Shown here piece after piece: positions 50,427 to 57,844 of a DNA stretch of 64,000 bases. The stretch is from Bacteroidota bacterium (GTDB lineage Bacteria; Bacteroidota; Bacteroidia; B-17B0; Aurantibacillaceae). Under the pieces are notes generated by a model. The model was not told where the DNA came from. It ran no database searches and saw nothing but the letters and a program-made list of their open reading frames with translations. Each line of letters opens with the position of its first letter. Position 1 is the stretch's first letter. The position numbers and the translations under genes were made by a program. Where the stretch lies: assembly GCA_040386615.1 (NCBI GenBank), contig JAZKFC010000021.1:220466-284465 (forward strand), in the 5' to 3' direction.

Positions 50427-52310
50427 TTATTCTATCACTACTTTTTTTACGGCTCCGGTCTTTTCGTTATTAGCAGACAGCAATTGGCAGAAATACAGCC
50501 CTTTTTCAAGGTCGGGCCTCACAACAGTGTGTGGCGCTGAGAGCTTGTCCTGATGCACCGTCTGACCAAGAGCATTCATAAGAATAAACTGCAGGTTTTC
50601 CGCGGCAGATTTTACATTCAGAGTAAACACACCTTTGTTTGGGTTAGGGTACACAGCAAAAACAGTAAGCTCAGCCAGCTCTTTAATGCCAATACAGGGA
50701 TCTACAAATTGTGTTATGTTCGCGATAGCAGTACAACCATTGGCGCCTGTGCCTGTGATGGAATAAGTGGTTGTATTGAATGGAAAAACGGTAATACTTG
50801 AAGTAGTCTCTGAGGTACTCCAGGTATAAGAGTTGGCGCCTGTAGCGGTAATCAACACGGGATTTCCCGGGCAAAGGGTGGCTGAAGCGTTACTTAAGCT
50901 CAGCGTAGGGGCGCAGTTGTTATACCTCCATACATCGGCCGGGCCGCCTACTACCGTGAGTGTAAGCGGTCCGCCTGAACCGATGACAACGGTCGTGTGA
51001 GTGGCGTTACCTCCGAATAACCAAAAATTATTATTGTTGTCTATCCAGCCCGATACACCTGATCTAGTGGCTGGCATGTTGGTAGGGCTTGTTACGCCCT
51101 GCGTGCCAAAAACAGAAGGTTTATTAATGGTGTTGGTGCCATTTACCCAGGTCCACTGATTATTCACCGGAGAGTATTTCCAAAGGTCGTTCAGCAGCCC
51201 TACACTCGCTGAATTTACCGCATAGCCTTTACCCGCAAAAACGTAAGCGTTGCCGCTGGGAATATCGTACCAGCCAAAGCCGGCGGATCTCGCTCCCGGT
51301 ACATTACCCGGCGACTGGACATTCAGCGTTCCATAATTTCCAACTTGGTTGCCGGTATTGCTGCCGCTCATCCAGGTCCACGCGTTGGCGGCCGGATCAT
51401 ACTTCCAAAGGTCATTCAGATAATTGGCAGAGCTGGAAGTCGTAATGACCCCACCCATCAGCCAAAAATTTTGAGAAGGATCAGTCCAGCAAGTCGGGGA
51501 CGTTCTGCAACCGGGAGTATTGGCCGGGGACGATGCGCCCTGCGTTCCGTATTGTGCGGTTTGGCCGCCGGTATTACTCCCCTTTATCCAGGTCCACATA
51601 TTCGTGCTTACGCTATACTTCCACAGATCATCTTTATATACACCGTTGCCATTTTCGAAAGTGAGGCCGCCGAATAACCAGAAATCGCCGTTGGCATCCT
51701 TCCAGCTTGCGCTTAGATATCTTGCTCCCGGAGAATTTCCAGCCGATGGAACACCCAGCGTACCATAGATTCCGGGCTCATTGGGAATGGTGGTTCCTGC
51801 CATCCAGGTCCATTGATTGATGATCTTGTCATATTTCCATAGGTCATTGTAAACAGGTGTACCAGGAAAATTTTTTGCGCCGCCATACATCCATAAGTTG
51901 CCCGCGTTATCGCTCCAGGAAGCTGAGCCGGACCGTGAGCCGGGGCTGTTTGAAGGAGAAGGTGTGCCAAGGGTTCCATAAGCCTGGTCTAAAGGAAAGG
52001 TGCCGGGGTGATTCCATACCCAGGCCCAGGTATTGTTGCTCACAGAATATTTCCAAAGATCGCTGATCGACCAGTAATAGCCATATCCGCCATACACCCA
52101 GAGATCTCCGGCGGAATCGCGCCAGGTGGCGGGATTAGTTCTGTAACCAATTTCGTTAGTTGGGCTGGCCGCACCAACAGTTCCTGTTGTTAAACCCCAT
52201 TGTACAGTGGTGCCTTTCATCCAGGTAAAATCCTGCGAGTAAAGCTGATTTCTGAAGACAAGATTAAAAATATAGATCAGAGCCAATGCTTTTAGGAAAT
52301 TTGCTTTCAT
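50427..52310 (-). CDS. Kelch-repeat beta-propeller protein with T9SS C-terminal sorting domain
   Basis: Repeated ..DLWKY....N.WTW..G motifs (at least 7). C-terminal VYPNPNKGVFTL...GLYFCQL tail. A signal-peptide start at ATG 52310 is preferred over 52397. Confidence 0.72.
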   Translation of the reverse strand: MKANFLKALALIYIFNLVFRNQLYSQDFTWMKGTTVQWGLTTGTVGAASPTNEIGYRTNPATWRDSAGDLWVYGGYGYYWSISDLWKYSVSNNTWAWVWNHPGTFPLDQAYGTLGTPSPSNSPGSRSGSASWSDNAGNLWMYGGAKNFPGTPVYNDLWKYDKIINQWTWMAGTTIPNEPGIYGTLGVPSAGNSPGARYLSASWKDANGDFWLFGGLTFENGNGVYKDDLWKYSVSTNMWTWIKGSNTGGQTAQYGTQGASSPANTPGCRTSPTCWTDPSQNFWLMGGVITTSSSANYLNDLWKYDPAANAWTWMSGSNTGNQVGNYGTLNVQSPGNVPGARSAGFGWYDIPSGNAYVFAGKGYAVNSASVGLLNDLWKYSPVNNQWTWVNGTNTINKPSVFGTQGVTSPTNMPATRSGVSGWIDNNNNFWLFGGNATHTTVVIGSGGPLTLTVVGGPADVWRYNNCAPTLSLSNASATLCPGNPVLITATGANSYTWSTSETTSSITVFPFNTTTYSITGTGANGCTAIANITQFVDPCIGIKELAELTVFAVYPNPNKGVFTLNVKSAAENLQFILMNALGQTVHQDKLSAPHTVVRPDLEKGLYFCQLLSANNEKTGAVKKVVIE

Positions 52311-52452
52311 CTGACAGGTTTTATATAAAGATAGTAAAATTATCTTAAGTCGGTGGGGGCAAAGGTGATCATAGGAAGTCCTGTTTTTAATTTGCAAAAT
52401 TTACGTGGCTAAAATGGCCTTTGATCTATGTGGGAAGCAGATTTCTGCCGAA

Positions 52453-52478
52453 TAAAAAAAACAGCCCTAAGGCTGCTT
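52453..52478 (-). terminator. intrinsic terminator (minus strand)
   Basis: The minus strand reads GCAGCC-TTAG-GGCTG followed by T8. Confidence 0.6.
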
Positions 52479-52500
52479 CAAAGTGTTGCCCATAGGGAAA

Positions 52501-52569
52501 ATGTCGAACTTTGATCCCGAAGATTTAATTAGCATCCTTGAATTTTTAGAAATAGCCGAACCTGATTAA
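52501..52569 (+). CDS. micro-ORF a, 22 aa (MSNFDPEDLISILEFLEIAEPD)
   Basis: Paralogue of micro-ORF b. The differences are mostly conservative or synonymous. Confidence 0.3.
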   Translation: MSNFDPEDLISILEFLEIAEPD

Positions 52570-52733
52570 ATAGTTGCTTTTATGCAATGAAGCAGAAGCC
52601 ACTACTTGTCCTCGCCTGACACTACGGCAAAAGTCTGGGAGACTTTTGAGCGGGATGGTGTGTAGAAAGCAAAAAATCCCTCCGAGTTCAATCGAAAGGA
52701 TTTTTCTGTTTTATGGTGGTGCCAATGGGGGAA

Positions 52734-52814
52734 ATGTCGAACTTTGATTACGAAGATATAATTAAAATATTTGAATTTTTAGAATTGGTCGAACCGAATG
52801 CCGAACCTTATTAA
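52734..52814 (+). CDS. micro-ORF b, 26 aa (MSNFDYEDIIKIFEFLELVEPNAEPY)
   Basis: Same start context and first five codons as micro-ORF a. Hydrophobic-for-hydrophobic substitutions (L/I, L/F, I/L, A/V) plus two synonymous changes. Confidence 0.3.
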   Translation: MSNFDYEDIIKIFEFLELVEPNAEPY

Positions 52815-52924
52815 ATGAGTTTCTTTTTATAAAATGAAGCAGAAGTCACTCCGTGCCTTCGCTTCACACCACCATAAAGCGAAAAACCCCTCCAAAAATT
52901 AATTGAAAGGGGTTTTCTGCTTTA

Positions 52925-52999
52925 TGGTGGCTCCGGCAGGAATCGAACCTGCATCTAAAGTTTAGGAAACTTCTATTCTATCCATTGAACTACGGTGCC
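52925..52999 (-). tRNA. tRNA-Arg (anticodon CCT)
   Basis: Minus strand reads GGCACCG-TA-GTTC-AATGGATA-GAAT-A-GAAGT-TTCCTAA-ACTTT-AGAT-GCAGG-TTCGATT-CCTGC-CGGAGCC-A-CCA. This folds as a cloverleaf with an encoded CCA. There is one A-A mismatch at acceptor positions 4:69. Confidence 0.85.
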
Positions 53000-53350
53000 T
53001 GGATTTTAGGGACACAAAAATAGTCAAAACATCTTAAACATGAAAATCTATTATGTTACAGCTTTAGACCTTTTTTGCCTCAATCTTCTTAGTTTTTAAA
53101 ACCTCCTGCCTGCCGCCGATTTAAAATATTTTTCTCTTTTAATCGCTTCTGTCCTGGTTTCAAAAGTTTCATTCCATAAAGTTCTGCAATGTACATATTA
53201 GAAATTTAAACGTATGTTCTAACGGTCAGCGCAGGATTAACCAACTCACCGACCAATACACAAATTCGCGCGATTGGTTTATTGGCTAAATTTAGACCAA
53301 AGATTGTCCGTGTGGCGGATGATGGGAGCCTTAAGGACCAAAAAACCCTA

Positions 53351-53692
53351 TCACTCTTCTATGCTCACTTTGCGAATGTACAAATTCCAGTTTTTCTGTA
53401 ACACGGGATATTGCATGGATGTTTGCCCGTTTGAATGTTCTCCCGAAAAATGACAGAAGCTTTCCGAATAGTCTTGATTCCCGAATTGAGACCATATTTG
53501 GTATGCTTCTTCAGAAAACGGACGTTCATGATTCAATGGAATTTTTTTGCCTGTGCGGATACAATAGCCTTCTGGAAATTTTTCTTTTGATGGTTTCCTG
53601 GTTTGAGCGCCACGTGAAGCTTCTTTAAATATTTCGATGCAATGCTCAAGTGCGTCATTAAAAGCTTCTTTATCTTCCTGTGCTGTCAGCAA
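53351..53692 (-). CDS. hypothetical protein with a degenerate zinc-ribbon-like repeat
   Basis: 113 aa. GYCIRTGKKIP...PFSEEAY...FCHFSGE resembles a CxxC-type double zinc ribbon in which most Cys are replaced. Confidence 0.35.
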   Translation of the reverse strand: MLTAQEDKEAFNDALEHCIEIFKEASRGAQTRKPSKEKFPEGYCIRTGKKIPLNHERPFSEEAYQIWSQFGNQDYSESFCHFSGEHSNGQTSMQYPVLQKNWNLYIRKVSIEE

Positions 53693-53922
53693 AACACAAC
53701 GTTCAATAGAGCTGGATTCGATGTTTCAAATCGATTTAATTCCGCACATAAGGTCTCAAATATCTCTGTTAAAGAACTAAAGTCAATCGGAATCACGGAT
53801 TCAAATGAATCAATGATAACTCAAATCCAAATGTTGCAAAAGCATTATTGTCTCTATAAAAGTGCTGACATACATGGAAAGATAATAAGAGGAACTCCCT
53901 TATATGAACGCTTAAGTACAGA

Positions 53923-54309
53923 TTAAATAATAGATTTGGAAAAAACCTGCTTATAGGCTGAGCAATTTTCTTTTAGAGGACATATAGGGCACAAAGGCTT
54001 AGGCTTACAAACTAATGCAGCAAAATCTAAAATAGCCCAATTTATATCTTTTGGATTTTTATGCGATACTATTTCATGCGACAAAATTTGGAGATAAGGA
54101 TCATATCGAATATCTGCCAACTTCCTCTTTCTAAAAAATCTTTCCAGTACTCTGGACATATTTACATCCAGAAGTGGTGCGGGTTCTCCATGAATGAACA
54201 TTAGAACCGCGTTGACAATATACTGTCCAAAAAAAGATATTTTTTCAAGTTCTTCTTTCTCTTTGGGCAATTTTTCTTTCAATCTATAACAAAAATGTTG
54301 ATAAACTGG
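53923..54309 (-). pseudogene. N-terminally truncated HhH-GPD (endonuclease III/MutY-like) glycosylase remnant
   Basis: Retains an HhH-like segment (FFGQY) and DVNMSRVLERF. It also keeps a canonical C-x6-C-x2-C-x5-C cluster loop (CKPKPLCPICPLKENC). The frame is closed by a TAG at 54310-54312, so about 80 N-terminal residues are absent. Confidence 0.55.
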
Positions 54310-54363
54310 CTAGCCGGAGCTCTCTCCGGCCTTATTGCATTTTACGTCTAAATTTCAAATTTT

Positions 54364-54617
54364 CGGCAATTACATAATATAGTGCCGTTTATTTGAATTA
54401 GAGTGTTGCTCCACGCCTCGGCTCTCTAACTATTTCAACTTCTCCCAAAGGCCTGCCCACAGGACAGGTTGATAATTTATATATAATTGATTATCTTATA
54501 ATTAAGATCAAATTTTTGGCAATTTATTATAATTATTGCCATTTATTTGTGTATTACCGTTTGTAAATTAGTAGAGCAAATAATCAAATATTCGGCAATA
54601 AGTCAATATTTTTGCCA
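54364..54617. promoter_or_regulatory. three GGCA(A)-N11-13-(T)TGCC inverted repeats plus a TAnnTTTG -7 box upstream of the AbiEi-like gene
   Basis: CGGCA-N14-TGCCG lies at 54364-54387, TGGCAAT-N11-ATTGCCA at 54517-54541 and GGCAA-N13-TTGCC at 54595-54616. TATTTTTG at 54607-54614 overlaps the third repeat, 38 nt before the start codon. Confidence 0.5.
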
Positions 54618-54651
54618 AATATTTGAAATAATTTACTAAATTGCATTTACA

Positions 54652-55413
54652 TTGAAAGACAAGGACTTCATAGATAAACTGCAAATTCAATTCAAGGATC
54701 GCCCAAACATCTCAACTGAAGAGTTACATTCTTTTTTCAAAAAAGAAGATCCGGGCATTCCTGATAGTACAATTGCCTGGAGGATATATAACCTAAAAAA
54801 TAAGGGGATACTAACTCACATAGGAAGGGCGACCTATTCGATCGGTAAATCGGATAAGGAAAATTTCATTCCCACAATTTCTGCTCAAGAAAAGAAAATT
54901 TATTCGCAGATAAAAAGCGAATTGCCCTATCTCAAGATTAATATTTGGGACACACGCACATTAAACAGCTTTATGGTGCATCAGATGGGCAGATATTTTC
55001 TTATTGTGGAAACAGAAAAAGATGGAATGGAGCCTATTTTCAATCTATTGTCGGAAAATAACAAGAATGTTTTTTTAAATCCCGATAAAAAAACTCTTGA
55101 ATTGTATTCAGCTAATTTTAAAGAGTGCATTATCATTCATCAGTTAATTTCCGAAGCCCCAACCATAGAGGTGCAAGGAGTTGTGACTTCCTCAATAGAA
55201 AAACTACTCGTTGACTGCATTGCCGAAAAAGAAATTCTTAGTGGGCACAGAGAGGAACTGGATAATATATTTAACACTGCTGGCGAAAAATACAACGTAA
55301 GCATAAAATCCGCTCAACGTTATGCACGCAGACGTGGACAACTTCCTGAGTTGCAAAAATTATTTTATGCGCACCTTAAAAATTCATTAAAAAGAAACAA
55401 CACTAAAAAATAA
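54652..55413 (+). CDS. AbiEi-like wHTH protein (putative type IV antitoxin/transcriptional regulator)
   Basis: 253 aa with a TTG start. The N-terminal segment ISTEELHSFF...STIAWRIYNLKNKGILTHIGRATYSIG looks like an AbiEi-type winged helix. It lies 7 nt upstream of an AbiEii-type NTase gene. Confidence 0.6.
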   Translation: MKDKDFIDKLQIQFKDRPNISTEELHSFFKKEDPGIPDSTIAWRIYNLKNKGILTHIGRATYSIGKSDKENFIPTISAQEKKIYSQIKSELPYLKINIWDTRTLNSFMVHQMGRYFLIVETEKDGMEPIFNLLSENNKNVFLNPDKKTLELYSANFKECIIIHQLISEAPTIEVQGVVTSSIEKLLVDCIAEKEILSGHREELDNIFNTAGEKYNVSIKSAQRYARRRGQLPELQKLFYAHLKNSLKRNNTKK

Positions 55414-55420
55414 ATGAAAA

Positions 55421-56776
55421 ATGATTTTAGAAAAAACATATAGTAAAGAGTGGTTTGAATCGAAATCACACGAGCTTGCAAAAGGTGATGCGAAATTATT
55501 GGAAAAGGCTGTAATGGCGCTCACACTCCTTGAGCACTTGGTGTTGAATAAAGTAGACTTTATCTTTAAAGGAGGAACAGCCCTTATATTATTGCTTCCA
55601 GAGCCACGACGTTTTTCAATTGACATTGATATAATCGAAAAAGGAAAACCAAAAGATTTTGCAACCACATTTGATAATATCGTAAAAAATTCTCCATTCA
55701 TAAGATGGAAGTCGGATAATGAAAGGAAAACAGTACCAAAAGCCCCTGTTGAGCATTACAAATTCTTTTACAAGAGTGTAGTTGATGCAAGTTTTGGTGA
55801 AGAGCCTATCTTGCTCGACATTCTTTATGAAAAGCATTCTTATCATGAGCTGAAACACATGCCAATACAAAATAAATGGCTTGTTACAGGATCACCCGTT
55901 ATTTCGGCAGAAGTGCCATCGATTGAAAGTATTTTAGGTGATAAGCTTACTGCTTTTGCTCCAAATACAACAGGTATATTGTATACTAAAGATAAGCCCG
56001 CTGAGATCATTAAGCAGCTTTATGATATTGGACATTTATTTGACGAAGCGAAAAACATTGAAGCGGTAACAAAAACATTTCATGCGATTGCAAAAAATGA
56101 AATAGGCTATCGGGAATTAAAAGTAAATTCTGACGATGTTCTTCAAGACCTCTTTGACACCTGTGTGATTATCTCGGAACGCGATGAAAAAAGTAAAGAG
56201 TTCTTACATTTGCAAACAGGCATAAAAAATCTCTTCAATTTCATTTTTATTGAAAAATTCAGAATCGAATCAGCAATCGTATGTGCTTCCAAAGCCGCAT
56301 ACATAAGTGTGATGGTTAGAAATAATGTGAAAAACGCTCCTGAACGATTTAATGGTCCGGAAGAAATTAAAGATTGGTCAATTACAGATAAACGCTATCA
56401 AAAATTTGATGCTTTTAAAAGAATAAATCCCGAAGCATTTTTTTATTGGTTTAAGGCGATTGAATTAAGTACGAAAGCGGTTACTCCAATTGTAATCAGC
56501 GCCAGTGAGAATGACAAGGGACACGACAATCTTACCACTTTGACATTCATTATTAATGGTAAGGAAGTAGTTATTGATAATGTAAATATACACGAACCGC
56601 TTCGCGCTGCTGTTGAACGGGCGTTGGCAAAATCAGGGAGTTCAGGCAGACCAATCGGCGACTGGATTGTGAGATGGAACAATAACAATTTGGACATTTC
56701 AAAAAAAGTCGCGGAATTTCGCTTTACAAAAGATGCCAAGATTTTTCTTGACCTAAAATCAGGCGAAGGTGGATAA
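55421..56776 (+). CDS. AbiEii/AbiGii-type nucleotidyltransferase fused to a C-terminal ubiquitin-like (beta-grasp) domain ending in Gly-Gly
   Basis: 451 aa. NTase signature FKGGTALILLLPEPRRFSIDIDI at aa 49-71. Aa about 371-451 (LTTLTFIINGKEVVIDNVNIHEPLRAAVERALAKSG...FRFTKDAKIFLDLKSGEGG-stop) show a beta-beta-alpha-beta pattern and a terminal GG. E2, JAB and E1 genes follow directly. Confidence 0.7.
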   Translation: MILEKTYSKEWFESKSHELAKGDAKLLEKAVMALTLLEHLVLNKVDFIFKGGTALILLLPEPRRFSIDIDIIEKGKPKDFATTFDNIVKNSPFIRWKSDNERKTVPKAPVEHYKFFYKSVVDASFGEEPILLDILYEKHSYHELKHMPIQNKWLVTGSPVISAEVPSIESILGDKLTAFAPNTTGILYTKDKPAEIIKQLYDIGHLFDEAKNIEAVTKTFHAIAKNEIGYRELKVNSDDVLQDLFDTCVIISERDEKSKEFLHLQTGIKNLFNFIFIEKFRIESAIVCASKAAYISVMVRNNVKNAPERFNGPEEIKDWSITDKRYQKFDAFKRINPEAFFYWFKAIELSTKAVTPIVISASENDKGHDNLTTLTFIINGKEVVIDNVNIHEPLRAAVERALAKSGSSGRPIGDWIVRWNNNNLDISKKVAEFRFTKDAKIFLDLKSGEGG

Positions 56777-57356
56777 AAATAATTTACAATATGTACAACC
56801 GGAGATCTCCCGCTCAAAATTTGTGAGCGAGTTGGAAGAATTCTATAAAATCCAGGACATTTGGCGGAGCAAAGGCGTTATCTGCTTGAAGGCTGAATTC
56901 CCTACCGCTCAATTTGTTTTTTTGGCCCCATCAATAAAACCCCCCGCGGTTGCTTTCGCGGTTTCCATTGACTTTACAAATTATGATGTTGAGCCACCTT
57001 CAATCGTTTTCATTAACGCATTTAGTGGTGCGCCAATAACAAGGAAGGAGTTGGGCAACCTCCAGTTTATACAACATAAAATTACCACCATTAATGTTAA
57101 TGGCCAATCACTACAAGCACAGCAGCCTCAGGATTTATTGGTCGGACAACCTGAAGAATATCCTTTTTTGTGTCTACCAGGTGTGCGGGAATATCACAAT
57201 CATCCGCAACATTCAGGAGATCCTTGGCTACTTCACAGAAATGCCGGTGGGGAGGGCACATTAGGGTTTTTACTTACAAAGCTTCATGAGCATTGCATTC
57301 CTTTCATCCGATCTTATAATATTCAATTTAATGTAAACCTCCAGCAACAATTTTAA
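56769..57356 (+). CDS. divergent E2-like (UBC-fold) protein
   Basis: 195 aa with a GTG start that overlaps the Gly-Gly-stop of the upstream gene by 8 nt. DFTNYDVEPPSIVF resembles the E2 YP..PP.v.F segment. The candidate catalytic Cys135 is in PFLCLPG (57171-57173). The call rests mainly on operon context. Confidence 0.5.
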   Translation: MDKNNLQYVQPEISRSKFVSELEEFYKIQDIWRSKGVICLKAEFPTAQFVFLAPSIKPPAVAFAVSIDFTNYDVEPPSIVFINAFSGAPITRKELGNLQFIQHKITTINVNGQSLQAQQPQDLLVGQPEEYPFLCLPGVREYHNHPQHSGDPWLLHRNAGGEGTLGFLLTKLHEHCIPFIRSYNIQFNVNLQQQF

Positions 57357-57844
57357 TGGAAGGATTTTTAAATATTAGAAAAGTAACTATGCCACTCTCG
57401 TGTCTGACGGCCGCATACCAACACATGCGTGCAGCGGGCAAGCACCATCTTGAAGGAGTTGCGTTGTTTTCAGGGAAAGAGAACGGAGATATTTTTCATA
57501 TTGAAAACACGATAATTCCCAAACAACAAGCTTTGAGTTTGGAGGATGGATTACTTTACTCAGTAAGCGGTGACGAACTACATCGGATAAATGTGTGGTT
57601 ATATGAAAACAAAATGAGTTTAATTGCTCAAATCCATAGTCATCCTACTCGGGCTTATCATTCTGAAACCGATGACGCTTATCCAATTGTCGCCACCCTT
57701 GGCGGCCTTTCAATAGTGGTTCCAGATTTTGCTACGGGAGCAGTGGACATTAATTTATGTGCGGTATATCGACTTATTCCTGAAAAGGGTTGGGTTGAGT
57801 TGGATAAAAATGAAAAAAATGCTTTAATTGAAATTACATTATAA
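57356..57844 (+). CDS. JAB/MPN+ (JAMM) metallopeptidase
   Basis: 162 aa. Upstream Glu (HLEGVALFSG) and HSHPTRAYHSETD at 57635-57673, which is the JAMM H-x-H...S-x-x-D motif with a spacer one residue shorter than canonical. TAATG overlap with the E2-like gene. Confidence 0.8.
   Translation: MEGFLNIRKVTMPLSCLTAAYQHMRAAGKHHLEGVALFSGKENGDIFHIENTIIPKQQALSLEDGLLYSVSGDELHRINVWLYENKMSLIAQIHSHPTRAYHSETDDAYPIVATLGGLSIVVPDFATGAVDINLCAVYRLIPEKGWVELDKNEKNALIEITL

Larger units (their letters stand above)
52487..52930. repeat. two tandem units of about 233 bp, each with a micro-ORF and a hairpin terminator; the second unit abuts the tRNA 3-prime end
   Basis: Unit starts (ATGTCGAACTTTGAT) lie at 52501 and 52734. 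Both units end in a hairpin plus CTG(T/C)TTTATGGTGG, at 52707-52720 and 52917-52930. Confidence 0.75.

Noticed and set aside
52727-52870. tRNA-like or tmRNA-like gene on the minus strand (starts GGTGGTG, ends CACCACCA)
   Set aside because: I could not fold a T-arm or any other cloverleaf element around the TTCGA strings. The first repeat unit does not conserve the putative acceptor ends, and the length fits neither tRNA nor tmRNA.
52400-53350. Classical integrase-mediated island with att repeats at the tRNA
   Set aside because: No integrase or recombinase ORF occurs anywhere in 52400-64000. The only repeat of the tRNA end covers 6 nt of the tRNA plus its terminator and lies on the opposite side from the defence genes.
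53642-53926. 94-aa plus-strand ORF between the island remnants
   Set aside because: It overlaps the 113-aa minus-strand ORF and is low-complexity with no motif. It is probably spurious in AT-rich DNA.
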